Positions 49,157-59,150 of a stretch of 64,000 bases of DNA are shown here, piece by piece. The notes beneath the pieces are model-generated. The model saw only the letters and a list, made by a program, of their open reading frames with translations, ran no database searches and was not told where the DNA came from. Source of the DNA: Promethearchaeota archaeon. Its GTDB lineage: Archaea; Asgardarchaeota; Heimdallarchaeia; Hodarchaeales; Hodarchaeaceae. Numbering within the stretch: position 1 is the stretch's first letter; the number at the start of each line of letters is the position of its first letter. The stretch is from the NCBI GenBank assembly GCA_048938105.1, contig JBHLMN010000007.1, positions 192,001 through 256,000 on the forward strand. Reading direction: 5' to 3'. Made by a program: the position numbers and the translations under genes.

Positions 49157-50164
49157 ATGTCTTTGTCTTATTGCCGATTATGCTGGGGTTGTATTTTCAT
49201 TGTTTTATCTTTCGTAACAATCAGTCAATCAAGAGGTTGTACGATATTTACTATTTCATCTCCTGATGATAAGCAAGTATTCTTTGGAAGCAATGAGGAT
49301 CATAAGTATAAGTATCGTAATATTACCGCAATCTGGTTCAAACCAGGTGACAATGAGCTTTTTGGAGCTGCTTATACGGGCTGGTATATACCTGATTATC
49401 AGTGGGAAGGGTGCACATGGGATGAATTACTAATGGGGGGATTAAATTCAGAGGGGTTATGTTTCGATATGAATGGAGTTCCAGCATCAGAAGTGGTTAT
49501 CAATAAGTCAAAACCTTTATGGCCTTCCAAATGCTATACTGTGTATGCATTAGAACACTGTTCAACAGTGGAGGAGGTGATTGAATTATATAGAACATAT
49601 AGATTTCCTGATATCACACCATCATCTTTACAACTTCATTATGCGGACGCATCAGGCGATGCTGTAGTCATAAGTATAGACACCAATGGATCACTGGCAT
49701 TTACGAGGAAAAATAATTGAACTTTTCTTATATCAACAAATTATAATTTAGTTAACCCTGATGCTGGTGGATATCCCTGCTCTCGTTATAACACTGCGGA
49801 ATCTATGTTAGAAAGTATTGAACAACAAGGAAATCTTTCAGTTAAAGACCTCGAGAAAGTTTTAGATGCAGTCCATGCAGAAGATCCTCAAAGTGAGGAT
49901 AATTCAATTCAAACTCTCTATACTACTATTTATGATTTAAAGAATAAAGACATCTATTTATATTATTTTCATGATTACGATCGTGCAATTAAACTAAATC
50001 TAGAAACTGAACTAGCTAATGGATTTACTTATTATTTACTTGAGGATTTATACTCAACAACTTCTACCACTAGTCTTCCACATGATTTAGTTTTATTTCC
50101 AGGATTAGGTCTGATCCTTTGGTTATCGTTTAATCGTCTAAAGAAGAAACATCGTGAAAAGTAA
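49157..50164 (+). pseudogene. Secreted, C-terminally anchored Ntn (choloylglycine hydrolase-like) amidase interrupted by in-frame TGA (49718-49720)
   Basis: Signal peptide then CTIFT...FFGSNED, GGLNSEGLCFD, LHYADASGDAVVI; the same frame continues after TGA with TFLISTNYNL...CSRY into ORF 49805-50164 (TLYTTIYDL, TM + basic tail). Confidence 0.75.
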
Positions 50165-50285
50165 GGTAAAAATCCATTATGTAATGTAGAAAACTTTGAG
50201 TAGAAAGAACCCATAGAGGTCTATTGAAATAAACTACCAGATTTTACGAACAATCAAAAAAATGCTGTTAAAGCCGTCTAAATCC

Positions 50286-50996
50286 TTATAATACTGCATC
50301 AAACAATGTTATAGGACGTCCCACAGGATTCTTCTTTTTAGAGTATTGAACAACATATCCTTTCGTAATTAACCTTGTTAGGCTATCATAAATTGTGCTG
50401 CGAGCAACATCAGTCAAACGAACCAATTCAGGACGGGACAGAGGGCCATACGCTTTTAAAATCTCGAGTAAAACATGATCTAAGTCATGTTTCAATATTG
50501 GTTGTTCAGATGTTCTTATAGAACCCTGCTCCCATGACGTTGATTGCAGCAATAGAATTCTAAAAAGAAGAGAGTCAGCTCTATTGTCTAATGAGGCAAA
50601 TAGATCCAAAGCTTCTCGCTGAACAATTGAAATAATTTTAGATATAGGTGTTATTTCAGGTAATCCAAGAAGATCTCGGAGAGTGGTAATCTCAACATAT
50701 AGTTGGTTCAATTGAGTGAAATTTAATGAAAGTTTCAATGCATGACGAATCTCTTCTAACTTCAGATAAAAGTAGTAATGTTGCTTAATTGGAGATAATG
50801 ATGGAAGATCCAATTCTTGTTGCATTCTTTTAAGGAAGCTCCATGTGGCCATTACTACTCTTTCAGAAATGTTACCTCTTAATCTTAACAGCTTTCGGAG
50901 CTCCTTGAGTTCCTTTTCTTCACTCAATCTACCCATTTCGGGCGCTATAATACCATTATAACTCATGATTTTCCATCTGTCACAAATTGAATTCAT
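50286..50996 (-). CDS. Protein with C-terminal winged-helix DNA-binding domain
   Basis: ILKAYGPLSRPELVRLTDVARSTIYDSLTRLITKGYV...GRP. Confidence 0.75.
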   Translation of the reverse strand: MNSICDRWKIMSYNGIIAPEMGRLSEEKELKELRKLLRLRGNISERVVMATWSFLKRMQQELDLPSLSPIKQHYYFYLKLEEIRHALKLSLNFTQLNQLYVEITTLRDLLGLPEITPISKIISIVQREALDLFASLDNRADSLLFRILLLQSTSWEQGSIRTSEQPILKHDLDHVLLEILKAYGPLSRPELVRLTDVARSTIYDSLTRLITKGYVVQYSKKKNPVGRPITLFDAVL

Positions 50997-51397
50997 AACT
51001 AAGTCTGAAATGATATTTCAAACTCAATGTCTACATGAGACGGGATCCTGATAAGTCACGAAGTTGTTCGAAAATGACACATCTCAAGAAAAATTGTCAC
51101 ATGTCATGTCAGAATTATCCAAGTAAATTGGGAAGAGGAAGGATAAAGGAGATTCAAGAAATAATTCGATGATTCCGACGAAAATTATATTATGTTAAGC
51201 TGACAAAAGATCGTCTAGTTTACCTAATTAAACTTGGCGGGGAAGAATATTGGTTTTCATTATCCTGTTTTGTCCGAGTATATCTAATCTTATTCATTAA
51301 ATCTGAATTATTTTCGGTTTTATGGCATCCAATTAGTTATCAGAAAGAAATTACTACTTTAGGATTAAGATGACGATCAATGACAAAGATGATTTTT

Positions 51398-51712
51398 CTA
51401 AAAATTCGGGGCTTCTTTGATAAATTGCTTCAATTGAGTTAATGTTTCATAATAGACCTCAATCCCCTTTTCAGTAACATCTACTAGAACTCTCGGACCT
51501 TTGATCGTTATAACGTATCTTTGCTCAATATATTGGGCTTTTTGTAATTGCTTAACGTGAGCTGTTAATGCTCCCCATGTTAATTGACACTTTTTTTGTA
51601 GATCTCCTTGAGTTAAGGGACCAATCGCAACAAGTAGGCTTATAATAAGTAAACGCTTGACATTGAAAAGTACAGGATCAAGTTCCTTGAAATGATTAAC
51701 CCAACTAGTCAC
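51398..51712 (-). CDS. Winged-helix (MarR/ArsR-like) transcriptional regulator
   Basis: RLLIISLL...LTWGALTAHVKQLQKAQYI...TEKG. Confidence 0.8.
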   Translation of the reverse strand: MTSWVNHFKELDPVLFNVKRLLIISLLVAIGPLTQGDLQKKCQLTWGALTAHVKQLQKAQYIEQRYVITIKGPRVLVDVTEKGIEVYYETLTQLKQFIKEAPNF

Positions 51713-52314
51713 TTACTTACGACCTTCTTCTCAGCTTGATACATCGAATAAGAGGTGCTTAAAGAAGCTAAGATTAAAGCAATCCCTGGAGTAAGAAAGA
51801 CGTTTGGTTCACCTGGTAATAATGACAAAACTAGAAATACAATGGGTGAGGTAACCAGTAAAGCTATTCCAAGCAATAAGATAGGTCTTGTAAAGAGCAT
51901 GTTTCTGCTAAAATGATATTGCTCTGCAGTTAGTCCTACTATCAAACTACTGATTCCAAGAAGGGGAAACCAAAGAAAATGTACTGAAACTGGATTAGCA
52001 AAGATATAATTGATGACATAACCAATAGTAATGATTGCAGGATATACGATTACCCATAAACCTAATTTAATTCTTCTAAAAACATGTCTAAATACATAGA
52101 TATGAACCATAATTGCAAAAATTGAGACAATAGCCCAGAAAACTAAAAAAATCCAGATCAAGTCAAATAATGACTCCACGATAATTAAACTGCTACTGAT
52201 GATCGCCATAATAACAAGATTTCCTAAAGCATAAGCGAGAGTTTGCCGATATACTGATAAATCGGCTGATATTTGCATTAGTTGAGTAGCATTCCAAACA
52301 TCTTTTTCATCCAA
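51709..52314 (-). CDS. Hypothetical membrane protein
   Basis: About 6 TM segments; coupled to the regulator by GTGA overlap. Confidence 0.7.
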   Translation of the reverse strand: MDEKDVWNATQLMQISADLSVYRQTLAYALGNLVIMAIISSSLIIVESLFDLIWIFLVFWAIVSIFAIMVHIYVFRHVFRRIKLGLWVIVYPAIITIGYVINYIFANPVSVHFLWFPLLGISSLIVGLTAEQYHFSRNMLFTRPILLLGIALLVTSPIVFLVLSLLPGEPNVFLTPGIALILASLSTSYSMYQAEKKVVSK

Positions 52315-52397
52315 TCCTAATATCTCCTAAATAATTTCTCTGAAAAAATTATCGATTTTAATAATTTTCTAATTTAAAATAGCAGGAAATAAATGAT

Positions 52398-53219
52398 TCA
52401 TTGGTATAATGTCTTTCTTTGGAATAATCTAATTCCAATAAAAGTGGTAATAAATAGAATGACCAGAATGATAATAAAAGATCCCCAAAGTGGCAAAGTA
52501 CTATATTCTGCATTGATAATGTTTTGAGCATTCAAGCGTAAGGTATCACTCCAGATATCATCACCTAGAATTACTACTTGTTGATATAACTGATTCGCCC
52601 AGAATGGGGGACATAAATAAACAATGGGGTGTTCAAAGGGTATCATCGCTCCACTAAGAAAAAGCATTGGCATAACATACATCATGGAGAGGCTGACAGC
52701 CGCGTTTGCAGTTTTAGCATTAGCAGAGATAATAATCCCTATTCCAAGGGTCGAAATACCAAAAACATAAACAATGAAAAAGCCAAGAATAAGTAGATAG
52801 GGATTTTTCTCATACCAATGTGCCCCAAGAAAACCATAGCTAATGCAAAACATCAAAATTAGTTGGATAACTAAGAAAAATGATTCACTCAATAAAGTTC
52901 CAATGAAAATCTTAGCACGACCAACGGGGGTTGTATCAAGCCTAGTTAATGTTAAATGTTCTTTTTCAGCCGTGAGTGAAGTTGCCGCGTTTATCGTACC
53001 GAAAGAGGCAGTGTAAATAAGCATACCTGAGACAGCTAAGTCAAAAACAGTTATTCCACCTGATGCTATGGTCATTGGTTTAAATATAAAGTAAAATAAG
53101 CCTGTGAATAGTAATGGAAATCCAAATGAATAGAGATATGTTTGATAATTCCGTAGTTTAATCTTAAGATTCTTTATAGCTATTACATTAATTATGTGAA
53201 TCTGTTTATTAAAACTCAT
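52398..53219 (-). CDS. ABC-2 type exporter permease
   Basis: EKEHLTLTRLDTTP, FLSGAMIP; ATGA overlap with the ATPase. Confidence 0.85.
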   Translation of the reverse strand: MSFNKQIHIINVIAIKNLKIKLRNYQTYLYSFGFPLLFTGLFYFIFKPMTIASGGITVFDLAVSGMLIYTASFGTINAATSLTAEKEHLTLTRLDTTPVGRAKIFIGTLLSESFFLVIQLILMFCISYGFLGAHWYEKNPYLLILGFFIVYVFGISTLGIGIIISANAKTANAAVSLSMMYVMPMLFLSGAMIPFEHPIVYLCPPFWANQLYQQVVILGDDIWSDTLRLNAQNIINAEYSTLPLWGSFIIILVILFITTFIGIRLFQRKTLYQ

Positions 53220-54166
53220 GTTCTTAACCTTCGTCCAGTCAAATGTAAAAATACATCTTCTAAAGTAGTTTGTCTTAAACTCATGCTTTCAATTTCAGTT
53301 ACATCCTTGATTGCTTTCTCTTGTAAGATCTTGATGAAGCTGATAATTCCACCGTCAAAATATACGTTCACTTTTTTATCACCCTCTATTATTACCTGTT
53401 TTATGAAAGAATTTGACTCTATTACATTCTTAAATTCGTAAGCTTTATTATTTTGATTGAAAATGACTTCTAAAATGTTTTTCTCACTATACTTTTCTTT
53501 TAGTGCTTCTGGAGTCCCTTCAGCGATGATTTTACCATTGTTTACGATTACCACGCGATCACTGAGCATTTCAGCCTCATACATATCATGTGTAGTTAAA
53601 ATAATGGTTTTACCACTTTCTTTTAACTCTTTTATGTAATCCCAGACAACGTGCTTAGCCTGAGGGTCTAACCCTGCACTAGGTTCATCAAGAAACAATA
53701 TATCAGGGTTCATAATAAGAGCAATCGCAATGTTAAGACGGCGCTTCATTCCTCCTGAAAAATTTTTTGTTCTATCTTTTCGATTATCCAAACCCAACTT
53801 TTTAAGGATTTTTAGGGCTTCTAGTTTTAATTCCTTCTTTTGAAATCCATGCATAGTTCCAAAAAACATCAGATTTTCTTCTGCACTAAGTTCCTCATAA
53901 AAAACATAATCTTGAGGAACAGTACCTATCATAGATTTGATAATAGAGGCTTCATTTAGAACATCTACTCCATTGATTAAGGCTGTGCCTTCATCAGGTT
54001 TGAGTATTGTTGTTAGGATCTTGATTAATGTTGTTTTTCCAGCACCATTAGGACCCAAAACACTAACAAGTTCGCCTCGTTTTACATAAATCTCAATATG
54101 ATCTAAAACCACTATATTATTATAGATTTTAGTTAAATCACTTGTTTCTATAGCTAGATCAATCAT
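53216..54166 (-). CDS. ABC exporter ATP-binding subunit (DrrA-like)
   Basis: GPNGAGKTT, FSGGMKRR, LDEPSAGLDP, TTHDM, TLEDVFLHLTG. Confidence 0.92.
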   Translation of the reverse strand: MIDLAIETSDLTKIYNNIVVLDHIEIYVKRGELVSVLGPNGAGKTTLIKILTTILKPDEGTALINGVDVLNEASIIKSMIGTVPQDYVFYEELSAEENLMFFGTMHGFQKKELKLEALKILKKLGLDNRKDRTKNFSGGMKRRLNIAIALIMNPDILFLDEPSAGLDPQAKHVVWDYIKELKESGKTIILTTHDMYEAEMLSDRVVIVNNGKIIAEGTPEALKEKYSEKNILEVIFNQNNKAYEFKNVIESNSFIKQVIIEGDKKVNVYFDGGIISFIKILQEKAIKDVTEIESMSLRQTTLEDVFLHLTGRRLRT

Positions 54167-54385
54167 TTTTTACCCATCTTTATCTCATTTCTTTTTTAAT
54201 AGTCAAATTTTTATCAAATTTCTATCTTAATAAATATGGAAGAGACTTTGTTCTGCAAAGTGCACAAAATCTCGATATGGGGTTGATGGGGTATATAACT
54301 TCCAGAGAAAAAACTACAAATCTATGATAATTCAAGCAATTAACGTCTTTTTTTATTTAAGAAATCAAAGTAGAGATGAGATATC

Positions 54386-54721
54386 ATGTCTTTTATCAAT
54401 CTTCAGGAGATAGTTGAACGAGAAGTTGTTCCTGGATTTAATGGAAGATTTATTCACTCAGAAAATGTCACAGTGGTTCACTGGTCAATTGCAGCAGGGT
54501 CAGTACTATCTGAACACAATCATCCTCACGAACAGATAACAAACATTATCAGAGGAGAATTAGAACTAACAATGGAAGGTGTAACGAAAAGATTGAAATC
54601 CGGAGAAGTTGCTGTTGTTCCTTCTGATGTAAAACATCATGGTAGGGCAATTACTGAATGTTATGTTATTGATGTATTCTATCCAATAAGGGAAGATTAT
54701 AGAGTTAAACTGAATGAATAA
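54386..54721 (+). CDS. Cupin domain protein
   Basis: HNHPHEQ...G...VPSDVKH, DVFYPIREDY. Confidence 0.9.
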   Translation: MSFINLQEIVEREVVPGFNGRFIHSENVTVVHWSIAAGSVLSEHNHPHEQITNIIRGELELTMEGVTKRLKSGEVAVVPSDVKHHGRAITECYVIDVFYPIREDYRVKLNE

Positions 54722-54736
54722 GAAACGTGGAGCACA

Positions 54737-55531
54737 ATGACGGTTCAACGGACAAAAAGATTCATTCTGCCAATGATATTGGGAAGTATGGGCTTTTTAA
54801 CAATCTTGGTTTCAGAAGTAATAGTCCAAATCCAAGGATCAAAGATTGTTCAGGTCACTTGGCTCGCTAGCTTCTTGATAATGGTGTCAACTATCATTAT
54901 CAGGTTTTATTCCATTGATCCTAAACACTTTGATGAAATCATTCAAACTACAAATCCAATGGAAAGCCAACATCTAAAGTCGTTACGTTTCTTGAATTGG
55001 ATAGTTCTAGCTATGGTGATTGGATTGATTGCGACTATTACTATTGCGTTTGATTTTTTTGTTGGTGTATTGATTTATTTAGTCATGCAGGTCTGTTTGA
55101 TTGTTTCATTCTCAGGTATTATTTCTTTAAGACCATCCGTGCTTTTAGCTAATCCAAAGCTACGTAAGAGCTTCATAACCTCTTTAGTATTTTGGATGGT
55201 AGCCGCCCCACTGATCTATTTTGTATTAATATATAGTAATGCAGAATCTCTCTTGGTGATACCGTATGTGATCGCTATCGGTACAATGGCATGCATATCT
55301 TGTTTTGGATTAGGTTATGATCAACGATCTAAGGCATTCAGGTGGATGATGATCGCTGCATCACTTTTGTTTGTATTCTCTGACACACTAATTGGAAACG
55401 CAAGATACGGTCAGGTTAGCTTTAAATTGAATCAATTGATTGATATCACTTATGTTCTCAATATTCTACTTATGTCACACGCTATTCTTTTCCTTAAGGA
55501 TGGTTCTGGAAACACACCATTTAAAACATGA
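54737..55531 (+). CDS. YhhN/lysoplasmalogenase-like membrane protein
   Basis: VIPY...IGTM, LLFVFSDTLIG, ITY motifs; multi-TM. Confidence 0.65.
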   Translation: MTVQRTKRFILPMILGSMGFLTILVSEVIVQIQGSKIVQVTWLASFLIMVSTIIIRFYSIDPKHFDEIIQTTNPMESQHLKSLRFLNWIVLAMVIGLIATITIAFDFFVGVLIYLVMQVCLIVSFSGIISLRPSVLLANPKLRKSFITSLVFWMVAAPLIYFVLIYSNAESLLVIPYVIAIGTMACISCFGLGYDQRSKAFRWMMIAASLLFVFSDTLIGNARYGQVSFKLNQLIDITYVLNILLMSHAILFLKDGSGNTPFKT

Positions 55532-55588
55532 TGATTTTTCTTTCCATTAGCGAAAAGTTTCCTAAAGTATAGCCTGGTGAAAGAATGA

Positions 55589-56017
55589 ATGATACAAATA
55601 TCTGAAAAGAAGAAATTAGGGTTTATCCGATTTGCGTACTGGTTAGGGGCAATTCTTGACGCAATATGGGGAGTTGTCCCATTAATCTATATGTTGTTTT
55701 CAAAAGAAAAGATTTTCGCAGATATGGGTTTTCCGAGTCCCATCAGTGACTTTGGCTACTTTGCACTAGTTGGAGTATCTGGATTGATGTTAGGCTGGAC
55801 GTTTCTTTTGATTTGGGCTGATCGAAAACCAATTGAAAGACGTGATACTTTGTTATTGACTGTAGGCGTAATGTTCATTATGATTGTCCTTCAATTCATT
55901 GGTTTCATCAATGATAATCCCTATATCTCCCTAGGTTCATTATTATCAAACAGTACAATAATTATCTATGGTTTAGCCTATTATTTTGCAAATGGCATAG
56001 AGAACAGCGGAATATAA
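55589..56017 (+). CDS. Hypothetical membrane protein
   Basis: YWLGAILDA, LMLGWTFLLIWADRKPIERR; about 4 TM. Confidence 0.7.
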   Translation: MIQISEKKKLGFIRFAYWLGAILDAIWGVVPLIYMLFSKEKIFADMGFPSPISDFGYFALVGVSGLMLGWTFLLIWADRKPIERRDTLLLTVGVMFIMIVLQFIGFINDNPYISLGSLLSNSTIIIYGLAYYFANGIENSGI

Positions 56018-56272
56018 CCTTTTACTAAGATTAACCGGTTTTATTTTTAATTTAATACTGGGATTCATTTTATTATTATCTCTTGACGATATTGGATTGT
56101 TTGAACTCTTTCTCAAGCAATCGATAAATTGGAACTATAAAATACAAATCAGAATATACCCTAGGTGCAGAATAATCTGAAAATTTGTTTGATTGGCCCC
56201 TTACAAAGTCTTTTCAAAACCAGAAGGCACTGAATTCCTAGTTCTTAAGACAATGGCTCTTGCCACTATCAG

Positions 56273-57451
56273 ATGGTTAGGCTGTATTCAATGGGTTCGT
56301 TAGAGAGAAAAATAGAGATATTAGGGGATGCCAGTAAGTTTGATGTTTGTGCGTCGATGGCTTCACCACGAGATGTTTCTGGAACCAGGAGAATAGGTAA
56401 TCCTGATAGAGTCGGCATTTGCCATGCTTTTGCCCCTGATGGCCGATGCATCAGCCTTTTTAAGGTATTGATGACTAATCATTGTATTTATGACTGCAAA
56501 TATTGTGTAAATAATAGTGGTAATGCCAAGACCAAGGTTATGTTTGAACCTGTTGAATTAGCTCGGGCTTTTATGGGCCTCTATATTAGAAATTATGTTG
56601 AAGGAATCTTTTTATCTTCTGGAGTGTGGAGAAACGCAACTGATACCGTTGAAAAAATGATTGATGCATTAACGTTATTACGTAATAAATATCATTTTCA
56701 AGGATACATGCATATTAAGATACTTCCTGGGACAACTAAAGAACAAATAAAACAATTAATGGAGCTTGCTGATCGTGTTAGCCTCAATGTGGAGCTCCCT
56801 AGTGCTTCTCGTCTTTCAGAAGTTTCCAGCACGAAAAATTTCAAGACAGATATCATTGATTGTCAAAAATTTATACATCATTTTAATAAGGAGGGATTAG
56901 TTCCAGCAGGTCAAACAACGCAGTTTGTCATTGGCACAACAGGAGAATCTGATCACGAAATTGTAGAAAGACTTCATTGGGAATATTCCAATCTTGATCT
57001 AAAACGTGGTTATTTTTCAGCATTCACACCAATCAAGGGAACACCATTGGAAAACACAAAAGTCTCAGAAAAGCATTCAAGAAGAAGAGAAAACTTCCTC
57101 TACAGAGTAGATTGGTTGTACCGACGTTATAAATATGAAATTGAGGGTATATTCTCCATCATGGATGATAATGGGATGATTCCCTTAAATATTGATCCCA
57201 AAGTCTCCCTCGCACTAGGAGATGAGATTTTCCCATTAGATGTGAATGAGGCCTCGTATAATGAATTATTACGAGTACCTGGTATTGGAGAGACTTCTGC
57301 ACGAAGGATTATCAATTTAAGGAAAATAAACAAGAAAATTCAACGCTATAATGATCTCCAGAGGTTAGGAGTTATGGTTAAGAGGGCTAAATCATTTTTA
57401 ATTGTTAATGGTCGCAGACAATCGAGAATAAAGGAATTTTTTGATAAGTAA
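56273..57451 (+). CDS. Putative DNA modification/repair radical SAM protein with HhH motif (TIGR03916-like)
   Basis: GICHAF..DGRCISLFKVLMTNHCIYDCKYC, YVEGIFLSSG, GQTTQF, LYRVDWL, ELLRVPGIG. Confidence 0.92.
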   Translation: MVRLYSMGSLERKIEILGDASKFDVCASMASPRDVSGTRRIGNPDRVGICHAFAPDGRCISLFKVLMTNHCIYDCKYCVNNSGNAKTKVMFEPVELARAFMGLYIRNYVEGIFLSSGVWRNATDTVEKMIDALTLLRNKYHFQGYMHIKILPGTTKEQIKQLMELADRVSLNVELPSASRLSEVSSTKNFKTDIIDCQKFIHHFNKEGLVPAGQTTQFVIGTTGESDHEIVERLHWEYSNLDLKRGYFSAFTPIKGTPLENTKVSEKHSRRRENFLYRVDWLYRRYKYEIEGIFSIMDDNGMIPLNIDPKVSLALGDEIFPLDVNEASYNELLRVPGIGETSARRIINLRKINKKIQRYNDLQRLGVMVKRAKSFLIVNGRRQSRIKEFFDK

Positions 57452-57466
57452 TCCAAGTGAGATTAA

Positions 57467-58063
57467 ATGTTTCGAAAAATTGAGAGGAATAAGGTTCTTG
57501 AATCTTTATCAAGGCATAAAGACGTTACAGTAGACTTTTTGGATCAAATAAAACGTATTCCAAAAGAAATACTCGAAAATAAGGGATCTAATTTGGCTGA
57601 AAAAGCTATTACTATGAGTTGAGAAGTTAATAATGATCTACATTCACATAAAGCATTCTTACGCTTATCTGTCTCCCCGCACGGTATCCTATTTGCAAAA
57701 TCAGATAAGATGAAACATTATAATGAAGAACCATTGCTTAAATTTTTCCAGAAACGATTCCCTTCTCTCATTATTTTGTTTGAATCAAATAGAGGTGTTT
57801 TCACCATTGATCAGGATTCAATTCTTGTAGTCCCCAATATGCCTTTAGAAGAAGTATTAAGGGAATTAGAAGAAGAACTTCCACTGAATCCACTGCTAAC
57901 TGATTTGAATGGAAAATATTATCACGAATTATGGGAAAGTTTTGCACAATCCCAGATAATTCAGGGAAGAAACTTTTCAAAACAGGTAATGAATTTATCG
58001 AAAAGATGGAGAAAAACAGTTGCTGAAGATAAGTCACCAAAGAAATTAAACGATTTTTTATAG
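57467..58063 (+). pseudogene. DUF4130/TIGR03915-like partner of the radical SAM protein, interrupted by in-frame TGA (57620-57622)
   Basis: ATG 15 nt after the radical SAM stop: MFRKIERNK...LSRHKD...AITMS*EVNNDLHSHKAFLRL...KHYNEEPLLKFFQKRFP...YHELWESF..SQ.I..R; same frame as ORF 57710-58063. Confidence 0.75.
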
Positions 58064-58170
58064 ACCCCTTCTAAATGATCGAATAATATTATTTTAATAT
58101 CCTAAAAGGTTTTAATAACTCTTAATATTCCTTCTTTCTCCCACACACGTCTTTAACAATCAAAATATAA

Positions 58171-58866
58171 GTGGAGAATAGAAACATGAGTCGAAAACAT
58201 AACCCAGAGATTACGTGTACTTGGGATAAAACAGCTGACTGCATGAATTGCACGATAAAGGGGGAATTGGATTGTAAATGGAGTCGTTCGTTGCTTTTAC
58301 GTTTTTATAAGGGGGGATCACTAGCAATGATTTCAGGAGGATTGGGCCTAATTATTGTGGGATTGTTTGTTAGTTGGTTACCAATAATAATCTATGGTGC
58401 TTTCTGGATTTTCTTCTTTGGTTTCTTTGAAATTCGTGTTCTTTGTAGTCATTGTCCATATTATGCAGAAGAAGGAAGGATACTCCATTGTTTAGCGAAC
58501 CATGGAACCATAAAACTATGGGACTTTCATCCTGAACCCATGAATATTTTTGAAAAACTAGGATTTCTTGGTGGTGCATTATTTTTTGTCTCATTTCCAG
58601 TCTTGGCCGAGCTTTGGGGAATTTTTCAATTATGGAATGGCATGCTAGAGATTACTGTGATCTTTCTTCTTATCTGCGTTTTAACTGTTCTCACTATAGG
58701 AGGAGGTGGTTATTTTTTTGTTTTCTTGCGAAAGAATATATGTCCAAGATGTGTTAACTTCTCGTGTCCCTTGAATTCAGTACCAAAAAAGGTTGTAGAT
58801 GCCTATCTTAAAAAGAATCCAATCATGCGAGAAGCATGGGAAAAAACAGGTTATCAACTCGACTAA
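58171..58866 (+). CDS. Cys-rich membrane protein of unknown function
   Basis: C..CMNC..C, LCSHCPYY..LHC, CPRCVNFSCPLN around about 4 TM helices. Confidence 0.75.
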   Translation: MENRNMSRKHNPEITCTWDKTADCMNCTIKGELDCKWSRSLLLRFYKGGSLAMISGGLGLIIVGLFVSWLPIIIYGAFWIFFFGFFEIRVLCSHCPYYAEEGRILHCLANHGTIKLWDFHPEPMNIFEKLGFLGGALFFVSFPVLAELWGIFQLWNGMLEITVIFLLICVLTVLTIGGGGYFFVFLRKNICPRCVNFSCPLNSVPKKVVDAYLKKNPIMREAWEKTGYQLD

Positions 58867-58884
58867 AAACCTTGGGAAAAGTTT

Positions 58885-59037
58885 ATGTCAACTAAGCACT
58901 TAGATACAGTTACATCTTTTCCCCAAACCAATAAAAGAGCTACAGATATGAACACAATTTTTCTAGTAACTGATCCGATTGGCTTAGAATACGTACACAA
59001 TATGGAAATTCTTCTGGAACCTCGTGATAAAACCTGA
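58885..59037 (+). CDS. Possible small protein (50 aa)
   Basis: MSTKHLDTVTSFPQTNKRATDMNTIFLVTDPIGLEYVHNMEILLEPRDKT*, 18 nt after the preceding gene; no recognisable motif. Confidence 0.3.
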   Translation: MSTKHLDTVTSFPQTNKRATDMNTIFLVTDPIGLEYVHNMEILLEPRDKT

Positions 59038-59150
59038 TGCTTTTAACTAATAATTGATTCTCATTTCTTCTTTTGTTTGAATAAACAGCTAGAGTTACCA
59101 ATAAATACTAAAAAAATCTTAATAGGTCACTACTCCAAGTTTTTAGTAGA

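Noticed and set aside
50165-50285. SECIS-like element after the TGA-interrupted Ntn hydrolase
   Set aside because: Only a weak 4-5-bp stem; no recognisable SECIS core.
51070-51115. Clustered TGACA/TGTCA half-sites upstream of the wHTH gene
   Set aside because: Short and irregularly spaced; not distinguishable from chance by eye.
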